This document shows positions 16,428 to 20,000 of a DNA stretch of 20,000 nucleotides, piece after piece (position 1 is the first letter of the stretch; every line of letters starts with the position of its first letter). The stretch lies in the IMG/VR virus record IMGVR_UViG_3300049893_000201; one strand, given 5' to 3'. The notes beneath the pieces were generated by a model. It was not told the origin of the DNA. It ran no database searches and was given only the letters and a program-made list of their open reading frames with translations. A program made the position numbers and the translations under genes. The DNA comes from an uncultured virus (IMG/VR IMGVR_UViG_3300049893_000201) (Duplodnaviria; Heunggongvirae; Uroviricota; Caudoviricetes).

Positions 16428-16656
16428 TTATTTACCTGCGGGTGCAGAGAAAGATCCTCGCGCACCTTGGAACCTACAAGATCTTTGTCCTAATTGTGAT
16501 AAGGATCTTATCCGCGATATAGCAGAGCAAGAAGCTACTAACGCGGACCTAGATTATGATGAAGTACTAGAATCTATGATTGAAGATACTTCACTATGTA
16601 AAGATTGTTATAAAGAAGAAATGGCAGATGATGACTGGTATAACTGGAGAGAATGA
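16420..16656 (+). CDS. Small acidic Zn-binding hypothetical protein
   Basis: YLPAGAEKDPRAPWN, CPNC...CKDC. Confidence 0.7.
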   Translation: MSNYLPAGAEKDPRAPWNLQDLCPNCDKDLIRDIAEQEATNADLDYDEVLESMIEDTSLCKDCYKEEMADDDWYNWRE

Positions 16657-16927
16657 AACCATTGAACTAGAGGACATAAAGCTTGATCTATCCTTTCTTG
16701 AGGATAGCAAGCTTGTTCTCTTCAATGATGACCACAATAGCTTTGATAAAGTTATTATGGCTATTATTATCTACTGCCAGATATCTGCTGATAAGGCTGC
16801 TGAGCTTACTATGAAGATTCATAATGAGGGAAAGGCTGTGGTAAAGTATGGATCTCGTGATAAGCTTGAGCCTATAGCAAAAGTACTTGGAGAACTGGAT
16901 TTAACTTGTGAAATAGAAGACCCATGA
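16628..16927 (+). CDS. clpS: ATP-dependent Clp protease adaptor ClpS
   Basis: LVLFNDDHNSFDKVI...AAELTMKIHNEGKAVVKYG carries the ClpS N-degron pocket residues (NDD...H). Start probably at 16628 or 16631 rather than 16580. Confidence 0.85.
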   Translation: MMTGITGENETIELEDIKLDLSFLEDSKLVLFNDDHNSFDKVIMAIIIYCQISADKAAELTMKIHNEGKAVVKYGSRDKLEPIAKVLGELDLTCEIEDP

Positions 16928-17154
16928 AAGTAGGAGATTATGTAAAAGTAGGAGATAGCGTGCTTTATCTTAACGAGGATATTAGCAAAGATGAATTAGA
17001 CTTTTTAGAGTTTAAGGCGATTGTTATCTATACAGAAGAGAATCATTTGGATTTTTTTGTGGGTAAAGTATGTCGTTTATTTCAACCCAAGAATGATCCT
17101 ATAGAACCTGTTATACCAATATTTGTAAAAGATGAAAAGCAAAAGACTAACTGA
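16924..17154 (+). CDS. Hypothetical protein
   Basis: ATGA overlap with the clpS stop. Confidence 0.6.
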   Translation: MKVGDYVKVGDSVLYLNEDISKDELDFLEFKAIVIYTEENHLDFFVGKVCRLFQPKNDPIEPVIPIFVKDEKQKTN

Positions 17155-17425
17155 TGATGAGATCATCAAAGAACTAATAGACACTATGTTTCTTATAGCT
17201 GGCCACAATGTAACCTTTGAGGACATTAAGGGCCGTAAGGACCAATGGTATAACCAATGGACTATGACTCCTGAGCAAGAACAAAAGTGGATGGAGTGGA
17301 TGGTAGCATACTTCCGTAAGCATAGAAAGCTTACTGTTAGATATGCTCAGCAATCCGCTTCTATGTATAACCTGATGTGGGGACTTAAGGTCAACCGTCC
17401 TAAACTAGAACAAGAGAATGAGTAA
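17132..17425 (+). CDS. Hypothetical protein (Trp-rich)
   Basis: ORF track; operon packing. Confidence 0.7.
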   Translation: MKSKRLTDDEIIKELIDTMFLIAGHNVTFEDIKGRKDQWYNQWTMTPEQEQKWMEWMVAYFRKHRKLTVRYAQQSASMYNLMWGLKVNRPKLEQENE

Positions 17426-17687
17426 AGATATAAAATGGTGGAAACTTTTAATAGTTTTCTTTTCAGCTATTGTATTAGAGGCAAATAGTATTGCTGGGTT
17501 TAGATTTCTCATGGATAAGAACTGGATAGGTATGGTGCTTATGGTAGGTATCAATCCATTCCTATGCTTGCCAATGAATCACTATACCATTGAAGTTAAA
17601 ACTTTCAAAGAGCGAGCATTAATTGCTCTTGCATTTAGTTTGGGCTTTTCAGTTGGAGTGGCTACAATTAGACCGTTTTTTATATGA
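17418..17687 (+). CDS. Small three-TM membrane protein
   Basis: Three hydrophobic segments. Confidence 0.7.
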   Translation: MSKDIKWWKLLIVFFSAIVLEANSIAGFRFLMDKNWIGMVLMVGINPFLCLPMNHYTIEVKTFKERALIALAFSLGFSVGVATIRPFFI

Positions 17688-17899
17688 CTAAGTATTTATT
17701 ATGGGCATTAGTATTTATCTTACTATTAGATTGTGCTGCTACAATAGGTTTATACCTATCTATAAAGGATACTCCTCTTGAAAAAGAAGACTACCAAATG
17801 TTTAAAGCTGTTAAGATACCGGAGGATACTGTATATGTAGATCCTAGTACTATAGGTACAACTACTGACCCTACGGATGAAGAATTAAAAACTAAATAA
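17684..17899 (+). CDS. Small membrane-anchored protein
   Basis: N-terminal TM helix; ATGA overlap. Confidence 0.65.
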   Translation: MTKYLLWALVFILLLDCAATIGLYLSIKDTPLEKEDYQMFKAVKIPEDTVYVDPSTIGTTTDPTDEELKTK

Positions 17900-17900
17900 C

Positions 17901-18281
17901 ATGAAAAAAGTAATTGCTATTATAGCATTTTTATTATTGGGTTTCCTGATACAGGCCCAGTCTACTCTTAAAGCCGTAAGCTTAAAAGTAGGTAGTAGAC
18001 AAACGGTAAATGATTCTTATGTATGGGATCAGGAAGCTAGTCTTGTTAATATTCCCGTACACATATCTGAGGATAATACTATTACTATTTATTCTAAAGT
18101 AACGCAGAAGTATTATGCTATAGGACCTGGTGAAGATGTTAATGACCATTCTACAGTATGGGAATCTATAGATATAGATGGAAGTAGATGTAATGTTTAT
18201 ATGACTGTTATAAATAATTCCCTATATTTGCTAATAGAATATAGAACCATTGGATGGTATTATGAATTACAAGAATATTAA
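17901..18281 (+). CDS. Secreted beta-rich hypothetical protein
   Basis: Signal peptide MKKVIAIIAFLLLGFLIQA|Q, with Gln at +1 as is common in Bacteroidota secreted proteins. Confidence 0.7.
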   Translation: MKKVIAIIAFLLLGFLIQAQSTLKAVSLKVGSRQTVNDSYVWDQEASLVNIPVHISEDNTITIYSKVTQKYYAIGPGEDVNDHSTVWESIDIDGSRCNVYMTVINNSLYLLIEYRTIGWYYELQEY

Positions 18282-18293
18282 AAACCAACACGT

Positions 18294-18566
18294 ATGAAGT
18301 TACACGGAAAACGTCTTCTCATTGAGAAGCCTGTAAAACCTGAGTCTCAGGTATTGTTATCAGAAGAAGCTGAAGCAGCTATGGAACAAGAATGGATGAA
18401 AAGCTGGACTAAGCTTAAAGTATTTGCTACTGGTAGCGATTGCGCTATTATACAACCAGGAGATCTGGTATATGTAGGAAACGCATTAGCTAATTCTGAG
18501 ATCATTGACATTGATGGAAGCTTATACTTCTTAGTTAATGAAGCTGCAGTATGCATAACTTGGTAG
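18294..18566 (+). CDS. groES: GroES-like co-chaperonin (Cpn10)
   Basis: MKLHGKRLLIEK...LKVFATG...IQPGDLVYV...EIIDIDGSLYFLVNEAAV follows the Cpn10 pattern. Confidence 0.75.
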   Translation: MKLHGKRLLIEKPVKPESQVLLSEEAEAAMEQEWMKSWTKLKVFATGSDCAIIQPGDLVYVGNALANSEIIDIDGSLYFLVNEAAVCITW

Positions 18567-18703
18567 ATACCTTAAAGGAACTAGCCCAGCAGATGGATAA
18601 TCTGCGGAATAATAAAACAGTTCCTTATCTTAACCCCTATAAAGGTATAGATGATTGTGTTGAACTAGTTAACCGCAAAATACGTGAGCTTGAAAGAAAG
18701 TAG
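18551..18703 (+). CDS. Small hypothetical protein (50 aa)
   Basis: Not in the track. MHNLVDTLKELAQQMDNLRNNK...VNRKIRELERK fills the gap between groES and the splB N-fragment. Confidence 0.5.
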   Translation: MHNLVDTLKELAQQMDNLRNNKTVPYLNPYKGIDDCVELVNRKIRELERK

Positions 18704-19109
18704 TTTAATCAAGAGAGTAACTAGAAAGCAATTAAAGATTACTGAATCTGGCCGAAGCACGGACTTTATAGCTCCTAGCTTTGGCCACGGTTGTCTTTAT
18801 AACTGTAGTTACTGTATAACACCTGATACATTAATCAGGACCCCTTCTGGTTTAAGAAGGGCGGGAGAAATTCAGGAAGGAGATTCAATAATTTCTTTTT
18901 CCCTGGATACCTGGCAATTTGAAACAGATCTAGTTTCTGCAGTTGGTGAACGGGATACTGATGAACTTTATGTAATCTCAATAGGTTCAAGAACTGTGAA
19001 TGTAACTGCTGAGCATCCTTTCTATACAAAGAATAGAGGTTGGGTAGAAGCAAAAGATCTAACTGTAGATGATGAACTGCTTTATGATACTGATGATTTA
19101 GGCCAATAA
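18684..19109 (+). CDS. splB: Spore photoproduct lyase-like radical SAM enzyme, N-extein (43 aa) fused to split intein N-fragment (98 aa)
   Basis: ESGRSTDFIAPSFGHGCLYNCSY, then intein block A CITPDTLIRT (from 18813), block B VTAEHPFY, then GWVEAKDL..DD and stop at 19107-19109. Confidence 0.85.
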   Translation: MSLKESSLIKRVTRKQLKITESGRSTDFIAPSFGHGCLYNCSYCITPDTLIRTPSGLRRAGEIQEGDSIISFSLDTWQFETDLVSAVGERDTDELYVISIGSRTVNVTAEHPFYTKNRGWVEAKDLTVDDELLYDTDDLGQ

Positions 19110-19777
19110 TATTATTGGTATCATAAACGTCTATGTTTGCTAAAGCACAGAACCACCTAGGTAATATATGGTGGTAGTCAATGTTATCAGTTAAACCTGA
19201 TAAAGCACATTCTTTAAAGTTTAACTGCTTTTTAAGTTTTAACCAGCTACCATCTGTGTAATCTGTGCTTGGAGCATTGCCGTGTATATAGTTAGGATTA
19301 CCCTTACCTTTATACATAGTAGATATAGTCCTACCTTGCTGCCTCTTACCGAGACCTTGTATTCTACAATAAGTACAATAACCGGCACGAGCTTTAGATT
19401 TAGGACTTTGTTCACCGCAGGTTTTACATATGACCCATTTAGTACTAGCAGATGGTAATGTTTTATCAATAGTAAAAAGGCTACCTTCAAACTTCTTCAT
19501 AGTTCTGAAGTCCTTGTTATAAAACTTACCAGCTTCTTGAAAGGTTCTAAACACAGGTTTAGTATCTTGGCTAAATAAAGATGTATAATTTTTTTCACAG
19601 GTATCATTGCAATAGGTTGTATCCTTTTTTGTAATTTTACCACAATATAAACAGTTCATGAATCTTGAATTTAAAAAGATAACTTCTATTAATAAGATAA
19701 GTAAAAATTCTAAGGTTGTCAACTTTTCTGTAAAAAATAATGAGAACTACTTTGCAAATGGTGTGTTAACTCATAAC
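18813..19777 (+). mobile_element. Split intein (IntN 18813-19106, IntC 19658-19777) with an intervening free-standing homing endonuclease
   Basis: C1, TxxH, the F block and terminal HN|C are all present; the halves are separate ORFs in different frames. Confidence 0.85.
18835..19659 (-). CDS. HNH homing endonuclease with zinc fingers and a NUMOD3-like motif
   Basis: MNCLYCG...YCNDTC; CKTC...CTYC; KGKGNPNYIHG; CALSG...IDYHHILP...NNIIGLNHQYHKAVHH. The ATG at 19659 is preferred over the track start at 19722. Confidence 0.8.
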   Translation of the reverse strand: MNCLYCGKITKKDTTYCNDTCEKNYTSLFSQDTKPVFRTFQEAGKFYNKDFRTMKKFEGSLFTIDKTLPSASTKWVICKTCGEQSPKSKARAGYCTYCRIQGLGKRQQGRTISTMYKGKGNPNYIHGNAPSTDYTDGSWLKLKKQLNFKECALSGLTDNIDYHHILPRWFCALANIDVYDTNNIIGLNHQYHKAVHHLQLDLLLLPNLYSLYRKDAQQLHSQFLNLLRLHKVHQYPVHQLQKLDLFQIARYPGKKKLLNLLPEFLPPFLNQKGS

Positions 19778-20000
19778 TGTTATATGAAACGCCACCGTCC
19801 TACGGGATTACAGGTGGCAGATAATGTAGATGATGTATTAGCTGCTATAACTGAGCACTACTCTGACATAGTTTACTCGCCTTGGTATAAACAGAATAAG
19901 CCTAACCAAACAGATGAGCATTATATAACCTATGATATAGGTAGTAATGAAGATCTTGCTTTGCATGCTAAGTACTATGATATAAACAAGATCTTTAGTA
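19658..20000 (+). CDS. splB: Split intein C-fragment (40 aa) fused to SplB-like C-extein (runs off the window)
   Basis: Not in the track. MNLEFKKITSINKISKNSKVVNFSVKNNENYFANGVLTHN|CYMKRHRPTGLQVADNVDDVL...KPNQTDEHYITYDIGSNEDLALHAKY; first ATG after an in-frame TAG at 19613. Confidence 0.85.
   Translation, partial: MNLEFKKITSINKISKNSKVVNFSVKNNENYFANGVLTHNCYMKRHRPTGLQVADNVDDVLAAITEHYSDIVYSPWYKQNKPNQTDEHYITYDIGSNEDLALHAKYYDINKIFS

Noticed and set aside
4730..19490. Minus-strand shadow ORFs (4730, 5156, 6272, 7779, 9296, 10273, 11204, 12153, 12208, 12905, 14489, 18347, 19239) and nested plus ORF 8965-9147
   Set aside because: They are antisense or off-frame to better-supported genes and have no recognisable motifs.
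19110..19657. Continuous intein broken by a sequencing frameshift, or a group I intron
   Set aside because: IntN has a clean stop, IntC has its own ATG in another frame, and the gap is fully occupied by an intact antisense HNH ORF. I could not recognise group I core elements.
1..20000. Stop-codon reassignment as in some crAss-like phages
   Set aside because: Genes are intact and tightly packed in code 11; TAG (e.g. 2596, 10510, 18566) and TGA (ATGA overlaps) act as real stops.

Overview
AT-rich segment of a tailed dsDNA phage genome in genetic code 11. The host is probably Bacteroidota, inferred from A-rich translation starts without Shine-Dalgarno sequences and from TAnnTTTG -7 boxes. Left part (1-4370): minus-strand structural genes (tail-fibre-like), an HNH-like protein, a plus-strand metallophosphoesterase, a ~550-bp non-coding array of unrelated short repeat/palindrome families, and an endonuclease VII-type nuclease. 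A GC-rich palindromic island at ~4430-4620 (possible genome terminus, packaging site or origin) marks a switch to a plus-strand early/middle region. That region has a repeated putative phage promoter (GCCCYTTTCTT), proteins with SSB-like C-terminal tails, a DUF2828 (TROVE-like/vWA) gene, PcfJ-like, HNH, SF2 helicase, ClpS and GroES genes. Three observations stand out. (1) A fractured spore-photoproduct-lyase-like radical SAM gene is split inside its CxxxCxxC motif by a naturally split intein, with an antisense HNH endonuclease between and overlapping the halves. (2) Three covarying structured RNA units lie directly upstream of the Ro60-like DUF2828 gene. (3) The heterogeneous operator-like array at 3290-3840. 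All family assignments come from motif recognition by eye; no database searches were run.
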